From Phoronis australis (taxonomy: Eukaryota > Animalia > Phoronida), in NCBI GenBank assembly GCA_002633005.1, contig NMRA01000226.1, positions 65,728-129,727 on the forward strand: 64,000 nucleotides of DNA. Direction: 5' to 3'. The position numbers and the translations under genes are program-made. Under the pieces are notes generated by a model, which was not told the DNA's origin, ran no database searches, and saw only the letters and a program-made list of their open reading frames with translations. Of the stretch, positions 1 to 13,000 are shown one piece after another. The first letter of the stretch is position 1, and every line of letters starts with the position of its first letter.

Positions 1-848
1 ACCAAGTCTTGACTTGAACCCAGTCTTGGCTGTTAACTGTGTGTAATATTCTGACATTTTCCTTACAAAATGAACAGTAGTCAAGGTTCAAATTAGAAGA
101 CAAGGCACTGAACAGCTGACTGGCAAATCATAAAAATTGTGCAAAAATGACCACCAGAGTATACGTGCCTTTTTGTGCAAGTGCAATAGAGGTGATCCCT
201 TCCTTGTCACAATTTTGCATTTTCAGAGCAAGATGATTGGGCACAAATTGCTCTACCTTGACAAACGGGTCACAAATGTTTGTCACCGTGGTGTCAGTTT
301 GCTCCATGTCAGTTGTGACATACTTGCGCTTGATCATCTTGTTGGGTGTCAGCTGTTCCGTGTCAACTTTTGTCAAGTGTAGACGGCACTTGTGTATTAG
401 GTAGAGTTACTAGATAATACATTCATTTGGGACTTTAAATAAATTCATCTATGAATACAAGCTTACTTGAAAAAAAAGAGTGGCACTCGTTCTGGTTAAA
501 GGCAGGTATGCTATCTTGCTTAGAGCGTATTGATAGTGATGAGAAGTTTTTGTGTTAGTTCTATGATCGTTGAATTGTCAGACGGTTATGTTTCCGAAGA
601 AGGAGTTGCTTACCGTCTGAGCAAGATTTTATGAAACGGTGAGTATTATTACCTTGCTTGTGTACACTTAGTGAAATGGTCGCCGCTGAAATGATTGTCT
701 GGCAATGCTAGAATGTTGAATGTTCTGCCTGAACAGAGACGTACACTCTGTATCTAAACCAATTACTGTTTTCCTGCAAGTGTCCAATTTGCAACAACCT
801 TGGCCGACGAAATGCAACCCAACTGTAGCAGCTGACGCTTTGTTGCAG

Positions 849-1017
849 ATTGATCAATCCAGACCATTGCAGTATATGTTAGTGACTGGTCTTCTCCCCT
901 ACACGACGTATCAGGTCAACATATCGGCCAAACCCTACGTTAAAGTGAAGGACACGATGCAAGAAATGGGCTTCTGGAGCGACAATGTGACCGCTGTCAA
1001 AACCACTCCTACTGATG
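849..1017 (+). CDS. Gene 1 exon: second half of cytokine-binding FN3 domain with degenerate WSxWS (GFWSDNV)
   Basis: ttgcag acceptor and gtaact donor; IDQSRPLQYMLVTGLLPYTTYQVNISAKPY...GFWSDNVTAVKTTPTD contains the FN3 LxPxTxY motif. The exact acceptor is less certain (alternative at 780). Confidence 0.8.
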
Positions 1018-4000
1018 GTAACTGTACTCGCACCCTGGAATATTTACCAAGTTGTGTTCTATAACTGTAATCTCTCTTCAATTTCCCTTATAGATTGTGT
1101 TTTTTCAAAGGGCTGGTGTGGTTTATTTATAACTGAAAGTGGTCACAATGTTTCCCATAATATTCAAGATCTTTCTGTACAAATAATAGAAAAACTCCAA
1201 AACCCCAGTACCCCTCACAGACTGAAAAGAGAACAATATTGGATAGATAAGCTCAATACACTAGAACCTCATGGATTAAACATAAAAACTTATCAAATTA
1301 TATCATTGAATTTTTTCCGCAAAAGTGTATCATATTCATTACGCCATATCTTAAATGTCAATTGTCATATAGTGTTTGATTTTACTTTATTTCTGTTTCT
1401 GTTGACAAAGGACATTATTACATCCGAAAATTTTAGTTGATTCATTCTTGTTGTTTTATTTACCTATTTACTGATGTTGCCGTAATTTATCGCGGTGATC
1501 ATTCATTGTTTTCAGTGCCCAGCGCATCACCAGACCTCCTACCTGGCTCATACCGCAGACATGGTTGCAACGCCATCCACTGTAAAGTCACAATGATGTG
1601 GCCGGTAAGTTGATTTTCAATGTCATCTGTTGGGACCACAAACGTAGTGAAATTCAGATGTGCCCCTTAACATCTCCTGTACACACAATGCGATCAATTC
1701 GCATATACTACTTAAATCTACCCTTAAGTTTCCATGACATGTACTTCTTGAACATGAAATACTTAACAAGAAATCCAAGAAATGCAGATAATAAAACTAG
1801 TAAAACTAGTAAAAATAGAATGACGAGCGTCGTTGCTAAAATATATTAAAATAATTATCCTCCTCGTTTCAAGCGATGCCCTCTTTCTTGAGGGTATGAT
1901 ATTGTTACAGAGTATACCACCATGTGGTCACCTGTGCGTTTTTATTTTTATCCAATCTACTTGGCAGTCTGTATCATACCCTTGACAAAGAGCGCATCGC
2001 CCGAAACGTAGGGAATATTTTAATATATTTTTGTACCGACGCTCGTTATTTTATTTGTACTAGTTTTAATAGTTACATTACATTCGATTTCTTATCTGTC
2101 GCTAATGGCAGGGAATTCCAGCATCTGTATTTGATTTATTTAAGAAATTCATCAATTAAGTCTGTATGAAAGCGTTCATTCTGTTGTAGCTGAAAAGTGA
2201 CCTGTGCTAATTTTTATGTGCCCACATATTTATATGTGGTCGCATATTGCCGTCATCTCTGTCTGGGCGTCCGGCGTCCGCGGCTGTATCTCCTAAACCC
2301 CTTGCAGGATCGTATTGAAATTTGACAGGTGTGTTCCTATGGGGTCTACGACTGAGGGCGGCGAGTTTCGGACCGACCCGAATACCGCTGTGCCCCCTAG
2401 TGGCAATTTTAGTTTTTTACGTGTGCCTCTGTTGCTTCAGAGGTCTTCAACAGATTTTCATGAAATTTGGTACATAGGCATCTATTAATGAGTTGACGCT
2501 ATCCTCCCGTTTTCGGATTGCTTCGTTGGGTTTTGCGCATCTAGTGGTCATTTTAAATATTTTCGAGTCATTTTTTGACGTCCGCTCCTCTACTGCCCAA
2601 ACCACTCTAAGGATGATTGTGAAAATTGGCATGTATGGTCTTACTATGAAGAAGACTGTTGACAATGATTTTCCGATGACTTCGACTACTGTGGCGCCTC
2701 CTAGTGGCAGTTTCATTTGTTTTTGCTTCCATGGCTATATCTCCTAAACGCTCTACAGGATCTTTATTAAATTTAGCAAATGTATTTATATAAAATTGAC
2801 AACAGACAACGACAACTTTCGGACAGATTGGTCTACCGGTGTGCCCCCTTGTGGCAATTTTAGTTTTTTACGTTTATCGCTGTATCTTTAAAGGTACTCA
2901 ACGGATTTCCATAAAATTTGGCACATAGACATCTATTAGTGAGGTGACGCTAGCCATGTATCTTCTGATTGATTCAAGGTTTTTTATGCCACCTAGTGGC
3001 CATTTTTGTTGTTTTTGAGTCTGTTTTGTGGCGTTTGTCCCTCTGTCAACCAAATCACTTTAAGGATGATTATGAAAGTTGGCATGTATGTACTTTCTAT
3101 GAAGGGGATGGTTGCCGATGATTTTCTGATGACTTTGACTACTTTGGCACCCCCTAGTGGCGGTTTTGTATTTTTTGCACCCATACCAGTCCTGTATCTC
3201 CTAAGCCCTCTGCAGGATCTTTATTAAATTTATCACGTGTATGAAGTTAACAAGAGAAGACAACCACTTTTAGAAGGATCCGATGAACACTGTGCCCCCT
3301 AGTGGCAATTTTGTTTTTTGTTTTCCTCTTTTTCTCAGAAAGTCCTCGGCAAATTTTGATATTAAAGTTTAACTTAGTAAATGACTTTCTTTTAAAGAAA
3401 CCATGACCTTTTTTGGTTTTCAGACAAATTCGGCGTATTTTGCGCCATCTAGTGGCCATTTGAATGATACAAATAAACAACCCTAAAAGCACACCATTTG
3501 CGATGCATTCGTGGGCGTATTTCAACGGTCCGCGTTGCTCTTGTTGTATTTAGTGGTAATATTTTTAATGCCTGATGAGCCCTGTTTTCTGAAGTGTTTC
3601 GTGACTTGTACGTGCTCCAGACAGACTTCAGCAGAACTCTTGTCAGTCTCGACCAAATTTGCTAGAATTATTTTTCATGACTGTTTAATTGAATTTTTTT
3701 TGTGGTTAAATTTTGTTAAATTTCGACGTTCAGTTTGTTGTTTGTTATTCATTGCAACATAGTCCTATCATGATAAGGAAAATTCAAGACCAAATATCCG
3801 TCAGTTAGTGCCCAGGACTAGTTTCAACTTTGGTTTTCATGACAGCCAAATAGATTTAGAGAAACTGTACATTTATTTATGAGGTAAATATTCACGCAAC
3901 TTTTGTGCAAATCGTAACTCAGTACAAGGTGGAACTTTCAAAATATGACAGCAAGTTGACTTGCCATTTTCTGGAGCATATTCATTTGATTTGAAAATTG

Positions 4001-7000
4001 CCGCACACGCTGCTGGGTATGGTGTGGGGGTGCGAATTTGTTAACAAATTGAAGGAGAAGTACCATATTTTCTGCCCTTGGGATGGTGATAATCCTAGCT
4101 ATATTTACTGAACGCAAGCGTCAATTGCTAAAAGTAAGTCGTTTTATTCAAATGGATCTCATATCTCCAGGAAATGTCTAGATAATGTGGTATCATTTTC
4201 TTTTTTGTCGCTCTTCCTTTTTCTGTTATCCTTTTTAAATAAGTCTGGACTTACAGCATTTAGCTGAACCCTAAAAAATATATCATGCATTTTATGTTCT
4301 AGAGCTTACCTCAGATACACGCTAATGGCGTTATCATTGGTCAGAAAATCACTCTGTCGCCATTGGGTGAACCTGATCACGTGACTCACAGTGTGGATGT
4401 GGAACGGGCTGGCTTTAGTCGGTCATGTGTGCTACAGAATCTACTGCGTAACACCACCTACAAGGTTCAGTTGAGAGCAAGCACAGATCGAGGATACACA
4501 AACAATGCCTCATCCCTGATTATACCCAGTGATAGCACAGGTTAGTTATTAAATACCTTAGCCTATAATGTTGTGTTTTGGGATCTTCGAAAGGTGAATA
4601 CACGAGCTATGATGCCATTAATGAAGGACACAATATGGCTATTGGTGAAATTTTGTTCGCTCATCTGGCCTTGGTGAATCTTCAACCCTCTTACATTCGT
4701 CAGAATTTTTCCACACACACCAGTTCTTGATGCTAAATCGGTGTTTGTAGTGGTAGTCCCATTCGATCCGATCGTTGTCACTTGTGATCTTTCGCCAGAC
4801 TCCTCTTGCATTCTCCTGAGGTTTTCTTTCTGTAAATTTGGGCGTAACACTTCAGACGGACAGCTAATCCGAGCTGAACCCAATGCTGCCTTTCCAAGCT
4901 GACATCGGTCTCTCTTGATGTCCCTTGTCTTTCCAAGTGTCATCCATCCTATTCATGGAATTCACGGCTTCGCCGATAACTAGAACTTACTTTAAACACT
5001 TGATGAAACTGTGCTCAACTGTCATCTTCAGATGGTCTCCTATTGTCCTTAAAGGAGCATGCCACCCAAGAAACAACCCATTTTGTATCAATTTAATTCG
5101 AGTAGTTCTACTCGATAACGGCACGTTCGGTTGCATTACCTGACACCTGACGGCAGATGGAGATGTTGAAATTATCCAATGACGTAATTGGTTTCACACG
5201 CAGTCTGTTCAGCAGTTCACAACACGGGTTGCTGGTGTCAGGTTATCGCTTGAATTCATCGTTTAACACCAATAAATCATCAAACTTCGATGTAAAACCC
5301 TTAAAAATACACCGAGTTCTTATAAAAACGTGTTGACTTTTATTTCGCTGTTACGGATTTATTCGTATTTGGACACACTGTAGCCTACAAAGTTTGGCAG
5401 GCCAATTTAACAACTAGCAGAAGTTTGGGGTCTGTTCGGAGATAAATTTGAAGTATTCTTCAGTGAAATACAGACAGCAGAACCTAGAACTGTGTTGTTT
5501 AGACTTATGATTTTTTTTAGTTCTAAACATATAAAACGCTTATTATTTCAACCAGTGGCTCGGAACCCGATCAGGCCCGTTGCGGCGGCCGGGACTGGCA
5601 CGAAGTTAAACCAGCTTCAGTTTTAAACTAAACCTTCAGTCAGGAAAAGACTATAATAGTGAGCCAAAGAAATAATAGGAATTAGCCACGAAACTGAAAT
5701 AACTACTTACTTGTCGGGGGCCGCGACTAGTCGGGTTACCCTTCCACAGACTGTCAGGGAAAAGGTTGTACAGTAACAATGACTTGAATAATGTATTTGT
5801 TTTTCTAAATAAAGATTCCCCTAACATGTGACCATAGCATATAAAATCGAGTAATTGTTTCACAACAGCTTTCTGTCAGCAAACACTGAATTAGCATGGG
5901 CTCACACGGCCTCGGTGCCCAGTCAATTACCTTGTTGCCGGCATAAAAAGCCGGTAACGCAGTGGTTTCTTCATTGCTGGCTTCTCAACATTTGCACTCA
6001 CTAATACTGCAAAGGTATTACAAATTGTATCTAATTAGACAGACTTTGTTTCAGTTTTATATAAGCATTGCAGGTCATGATGAGATCAATTCATTTTGAA
6101 ACAGAACGTAGAATAAAATAATAAACGTCTACATGGCAACTCGTCCGGCGCCAATCCCGACTTAGTCAAGAGCTCAACCAACAAAGACTTCACGGATCAG
6201 ATCGTTAGGTTTCACAGGCTATCAATTCGAACCGGAATACACTGATCAAGAAAAAATAGAGGGGCTCCGTGAACATGCACAGGCAACGGAACGTATGGAT
6301 AGTTCTTTGGTAAGCCGGAATTAGTCAGAGAAATCACTGTCGACGAAATGCCGGCCACAGGCACGGAGATGTTTTACGGCCTCATACTTGCTATTAACAG
6401 CGTACATTTCATTCTTCACTACCACGAGCCATTTCCTAAGTATTTCAAGCTCTCGAGGAAGTCGAAAAAACAATATACCCGCTTTCTTCGCAGCTTCTTA
6501 GTTCGGACAAGCGGGAACGATGCACTACGATATAGCGGCATTCACTCTGCAGACAAAGCACTGACGTCGCTGCATCGTTTCTCACCTTCCTCACAGGTTA
6601 ACGCGACACCTCTTAGCAAGATGAGGTCGACCGTATAAGAGGCGATGTGTATATAGACCGATTAAGACGGTAAAAAAGACTGTCTAACTAAATCAGGTGG
6701 CATTGATCTCCTTTAATGTTTTCGTCCCCAAACCAAGACCATCACTAGTAGGCGGGACAACAGAGTTGATCAGGCTCTGTCTTCATCCAAATCCAACAAG
6801 ATGCCTGTTAAGCTTCGGTGGTCACATCGCAAACAGGCTTCTTGAATGCAATCAAAAGGGACTCCAATACTTTCAATCGCAGCACATCATGCTTTACGTA
6901 CCGAATTGACGTGTTTTCCACAATTTCTTGATTTTACATCGTGACATTGCAGAAAATTTTCTTGGATGGCGCCATTTTGAAGATGCATAGATATTTGACG

Positions 7001-10000
7001 GGAATGACAGCAAACTGTTGGACCACTGTAACATTGCTTGACATTTGAATGAGGACATTTCGTTCGGAGGGCTTACGAACTCAACAACACTACACTGGGC
7101 AAAAGGCTGGACTTTCGCTTTAGAAAATAATGTTATTTTTCATGACGAAGTTGGAGGACTTCCTATTGTGATAATAAATAATGACATCGAGGTAGTCAGT
7201 GGGCTTACAAACTTTGCTACTTTATTTTCTGAAAGCAGAAATTCTGTAGGATTTTTTACTTTAAAATTTACCAATCTGCGATTAGTTGAATCGTGTAACA
7301 ATGTCTTTTTAGTAAAATTTAATGAAAAAGAAAGAATTTAATGAAAAAGAAAGGACTTCATTTCTGACATACATGTAAGTCCTTAAAGTCACTTTTTGTC
7401 AAGCTTAATTACGGTGACCGTGGTCACTCAAATTCATCACTTAACAAGCAGTACTGTAGGATTTGGCATTTTTATGGTCCCTTTCCATGGGGTCAAATTT
7501 TACTGTACACTATTTGGAAGATCTTTAACATGGTTTGCAGGTATAAGCTAGACACTAATTATGACATTATGGTAAGTAGTAAATGGTTCATGAATGAAGT
7601 TTGACAAGCAGTGTGTTTTATTATTATTATAATTGATCCAACTGAGGCAAGACTATTTTTTGTACTGACTGTTCGTTTGTCTATTTGCAGCACCAGTGGC
7701 GCCACAGTATGTCTCTGCCGTAAAGCTCAATGATGCGGAGGTGAAGCTCTCATGGGAGTATAATGGACCACCTGCTGAGTTCATGGTGTTCTGGTGCAAG
7801 GGCAAGGACGAGAAGTGCCTGGAAAAGGTCAGTTGGTACAAAACAAGCTGAGGTGCTTTAGTAACTGTGCAGAATTTTATTTACGCCATCATTCATAGTT
7901 AGAATAACATTTTGAAACACTTTTCCTGAACAGCCTACCACCTGACCATAAAAAGGTGATTGTCTACTCACCTGTAAACTACAGATTGTTGATTTTCTTT
8001 GATGATCCCTTCATTATGTACTACTCATCGATTATATTATGACTCATTCAGTATGACGATAATATACAGAAAATTAATGAGTCGTTGCTAAACTTACTTA
8101 AGATGAAAGGCAACCTGCGACCTGTGCGACCTCTGGTGGATTCTGTCGGAGTTGAGAAGCCCACAGGCTTGAAAAAGCCAGCAGAGACTGGCGAAACATT
8201 GCCCTTTCATCTCAAGTAAGTTCAGTAACGACTCATTAAATTTTCTGCATACTACGGTCTGTACTTTATTATTAAAAAGGTCTCGTTTTGCTTTTCTTTG
8301 ATTCATAGATTTTCTTTGCCTCAGCAGCATGAAATAAATGGTCTGTTTAGTGTCAAATGTGTAGCAACTATCGTCAAGGTAGTTGTACTTCTGTTCATTA
8401 TTTTGCACAAAGCTTAACAGCCGACACACTCAGTCGATTTGAATATTCAATGCAGATTGCTCTGCCCGACCACAGTATACTGTTGTACAGCATTCAATTA
8501 TGTTAACATCGATGTAAGATCATGTTTCTTACTGAATATTCACTTTTGTCAGAGTCCTATGCAGTGCCATTTTTGAAAACCATCATTTGGTTCGTGTTCT
8601 GGGGTGGAGCCCTTTGTTTTACTTTTCTGTCATGAGGAGTAAGAGTTACTAAACAGACGTGATGAAAACCTCGACCCAACGGAGTTCATTGATTACTCCA
8701 CTATTCACTACCACTAATTTGGTTTATTCACTTTCGAAGTTTGCGATTTCGGTTTGAGAGAGATTGCTTATTTACACTTGGAGCTAAGCTCGTTTGTTAC
8801 TTTACAGCAATTAGTATAGATGGCGATTTCATGATCAGATGTTCAGTACATTTATTTTTGATACAGATGCTTTCCAAATGAAGATCGTTCTTCAGGAATT
8901 GCATAATAATCTCTTCAGACTCCACCCACGATTCACGCTCATTCGAATCCGCATTTTTCTCTTCAAATCCATGAAACACAACATTGTCACGGCGTGACCG
9001 GTTCTCTAGGTCTTCAACTTTGTATAACGGTATGATTCAGACATTTATTATATTTGTAGAGTGACCTGGAATTCCGCAAGGTGACCACTGGCCATTCCGT
9101 GCACATTCACCCCTCGGACTCTGTTGACCAGTACATCTATGCAGTGTCTACTACGTCGCAGAGGTCAAGTCTCAACATGACTATTGGAAGTGCTATGGTC
9201 GTCAGTGCCTGTCTCTATCTACTGCACAATCGCAGTAAGTTGTGTAAGATTGTGCATGCTTATTCCATGGTCATTATCTAAACTTGTGTACACGCTACGA
9301 ATTACCATAGAACAACTAACTGGCACCCATTCTGCTACTTAGCAAATATGGCGGAAAATTAATAAGCATGGTGGCACATGTTTATGTACAGCAACAGCAG
9401 AATCTTTTCGATGTGTTGTGGCTGACATTTCACTGAAACTGTTACCAGCATTGACTCAGGGTACATAATTATGGGGGACCTAGAGGAATGCCTAACACAT
9501 TGTCATATCCACGATTCCAAGTTTTTGAGCCCATTCGTATATAACTAACCCAGTTGAGCTTCTTTCACATGTTACATCATTCTGGACAGCTCTACGGACT
9601 TTGCCGTTGTTTTGCATGTATTCCTGACTCTAAGTCTGGCAATCAAATCAGAGACGCTGGTAAGCATCCACAGTGCAACTGGTGATTAGATAAGACACCA
9701 GATTTGACAGCAAATCTTTTGTGGCAACTGGTGGTATGTTATATGGAATTATGTACAAAGTCTTGTTGGTTAGGTCACGTTTCCATAAATCACAGGACGT
9801 GTGCTGTAACCTGCAGATGCTCCGAATATTCACATCAGATGCGAATGAAAAAAGAAAAAAATTTGCAAAACATTAGGAAGCTGTATTTATTTCAGTTAAA
9901 GCTTGTTCATTCTGACATATTTTCCCAGGTGTATTTTCCCAGGTGTATTATTCAACTTATCTTGAGATTTGCTTTATATCACAAGCACTTTTTGTCATGT

Positions 10001-13000
10001 TGGTTCCCCGTAAATCATTGAATTGCACTGCAAGTGTCCCAAAGTCACTAAAAATCATCTTATTTCTGTTTACGTAACTTAGCAGCCCGATATTTGAGGG
10101 CCAAGATGGAGGATGATAGAAATGTTTAGATTTTCCTTCCCCTTATTTGGCTGCAATTAATAGCTTGTCTAATGACTGACGTGTCGGAACTATCCTCGAA
10201 GCATGGCGCACACTTTGACATTGTCGAGTTAAGTCTTGATTACAGTTTGGTGGTGACGAGTCTCGATCTTCCTCGTTACCCTTAATTATTTCAGCATGTC
10301 TTTCCATTCTAATGAGGTGGGAGTTTCTTTTCATACAATATACTGACTCTTTAATCATTGTGTAGGGTTAGTACGTAAATGTTGAATCCTTGTCTTCAGT
10401 GAGAGAGAATGGATGCCCCGAGACATAGTGACATTCTGTGGCAGAACTTGCTTTTTCTGAAATTCTGTGACATTTTGAGAATCCTGTGACAAAATGTGAA
10501 CCAAGTCATAATGTTTTACTTAGTGTTTTCTTACAGTTATGTTATTCTACACTGAAGTGGTGGTTCTTTTCTTCATAAATTGTAAAATTATGGAATTCAT
10601 TGTAACAATTTCTCACTTGTCTGACAAATTTTGTGTCTCACATGTGTGACAAAAACATAGTTGATGTGACTTATACAATGCAAAAAGCACCTAAAAATAT
10701 CCGATGAGACTTCCTTGTGACATTTTGAAAATTTTGAGATGTCACAAATTGTGACTTGTCACTAAACATGAATTGGTTCTCTGCTATAAACCATGATGGC
10801 ATAAAATTAGGAAACATCGGACAGATAAGAATTGGAAGCGAAAATTAAGCAGTTTGTGTATTGTCACGGTGCAATTTTCAGTGTCTTCCTTTTGTATTGT
10901 AATGAGACTGATCTTAATGTGCAGAATCTGGTCAATTTCTGCTTTACCTGTATTTAGTTGGATGCCCTGTATTGTCACAAGCATGCAGCTCCGAATTGAT
11001 GAAATGTACCACGAATTCGACGGTAATTTATTTAGCTGTCTGTGTGTTAGTTTATGTTTGCAATGCGCTTTTCGTCAAATCCAGGTGTTAGTGTACTATG
11101 CAGCAGACAAGTGTGTTTATAAGCTTATACATATTACCATTTAAAATTAATTATTTGAGAACACCTCCTTACATCAAAATTGTGGAATTAATTCCTAATG
11201 GTGTGAAAATCAGGCCAATATTTGACAAGCTTGTGTTGCAAAGCACACATCGGTATCAAATGCTTATTGCAAAAAAATTCTAACTTGATTTATTGCAATC
11301 TATAAAAGTCAGTTGTGACAAAGTGTTATTTTGATCCTACATTGATTTTGATGTGAAAGTCAGTGAATCTTAATTGCAAAATTCAGAGAGAAGTATTGGG
11401 CAAACCTTAGTTTTCTCATTCAATATGACTCATCATAAACACTTTAGTCTGGTCTGCACGCCATCTGTTGGCCTATTTATGATGACCCATCATTGATTCA
11501 TAATGTTCTGCTTCAGTTGTTTACCCCCCTCCCCCAATTACACAGTGTGTGGGTGCGTAGGATGATGTTGACAAGCATCAATGAAAGCAACAGAGTTCGG
11601 CCATGATTACATTGTAAATAGACTACACCCCCATTTCGGTTGGTGTGAATACATTTTCCAGCTACTATTAAGTGATCATCAATCTGATGACTACTTGTAA
11701 CACCTTTCATAGAAATCCTCTTTTGATCATTCATGTTGCTCAGTGATAAGAAATTAAACAAGTAATGACTGTATGAAAATTATATCAACCGTTAAAACTG
11801 AGTTGTAATATCAATCAGTTATTTCGTGTCATTCATATGAATTCATAAATTGAATGGTTGATGGGAATTCTATATCAGTCTTTTATTATAAATTATGATC
11901 ATCCAAAATTGCTTTTGTACTCCAACTTTTTCTTTATTGCTGTGCAAGAAGCTTAGGATTTGACTTTATTGTTTCTGGTTTTTTGGTTATTGCTTGGTTT
12001 GATTAATTTGCGTACAAATTATGTTTTTTGAGTGTCGGTTGTGGCTGCCATTTCTTTCTCATAAATTGCCTGTTTGTCACCGACTATCTGGTGGTATATG
12101 TTATGGCATCGTTAGTTTGAAAATTATACTTATGCATAAGTCTGAGTGTTTCTATGCACCATTTGATTTTCAGGCTGATTCAATGACTGCAGCACATCCT
12201 AGTGGCCCTTAGAAACATTATCGTAATGCAATTCTCAGTGAGCGCATGTCAACGCCCCACCGTTGCTCTTGTTGAATGAGTTGAAATCAGTTTTGAAAAT
12301 CTCAAGGCTCTGTCGAAATACCACCTTCATCGTCTGAAGCGTAAAAATACAGAGACGGTTTAAAATTGAGGCATTTTGCCAGTAGCTATAATTATTGTTA
12401 AAATGGTTGCGCCTTCTAGTGGTATGATCACAAATTGGGAATAGTCTGCAGAAAACAAAAATTGGATTACTGAGTGGAGTATTCATATGACTTTTACCAG
12501 CAATTCAGTCATGGCCTTTCAACCCACTTTTCAATAGTTAAGGTATGATAAAATGTTTTACACACTGGACTTTTGCTTGTTGGTTTCGTTCATTTTTGGA
12601 ACAGTTATCTTGCGCAATGTAAGCGTTTGTCTTTCATTTGCAAACTGCACAACATGACTGGAGGTTAGTGTATAAAACCGTATATTGCTTGAAGAAATTC
12701 AGTTTATATAGTACATGGAAATAAGCTTTTGTGTGCTAGTAAGAGTCCATAATTATTATAGTTTTTACTTGCAATACATTGGGTTCGAAACAAGTTCTCC
12801 TACACCATGTATTTGGTCAGTGTTAACATTTAACTAACTGTGTAAATTTGTTTCTATCGTATTCTTAGACTGGTACATTCGGAATACCTATTGGTGTTTT
12901 TGTAACATCAGATTTCCCCTTGGAAGTTCAATCATAGAAGCAATCATTTTCCAGTTTGAAAGTCACTTAGCTTGCTGTATAACTGAAGAACGCACATGCA

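Noticed and set aside
720-848. ATG at 720 as the start of gene 1
   Set aside because: No signal peptide; the sequence resembles intron and the coding part begins mid-FN3 after an acceptor
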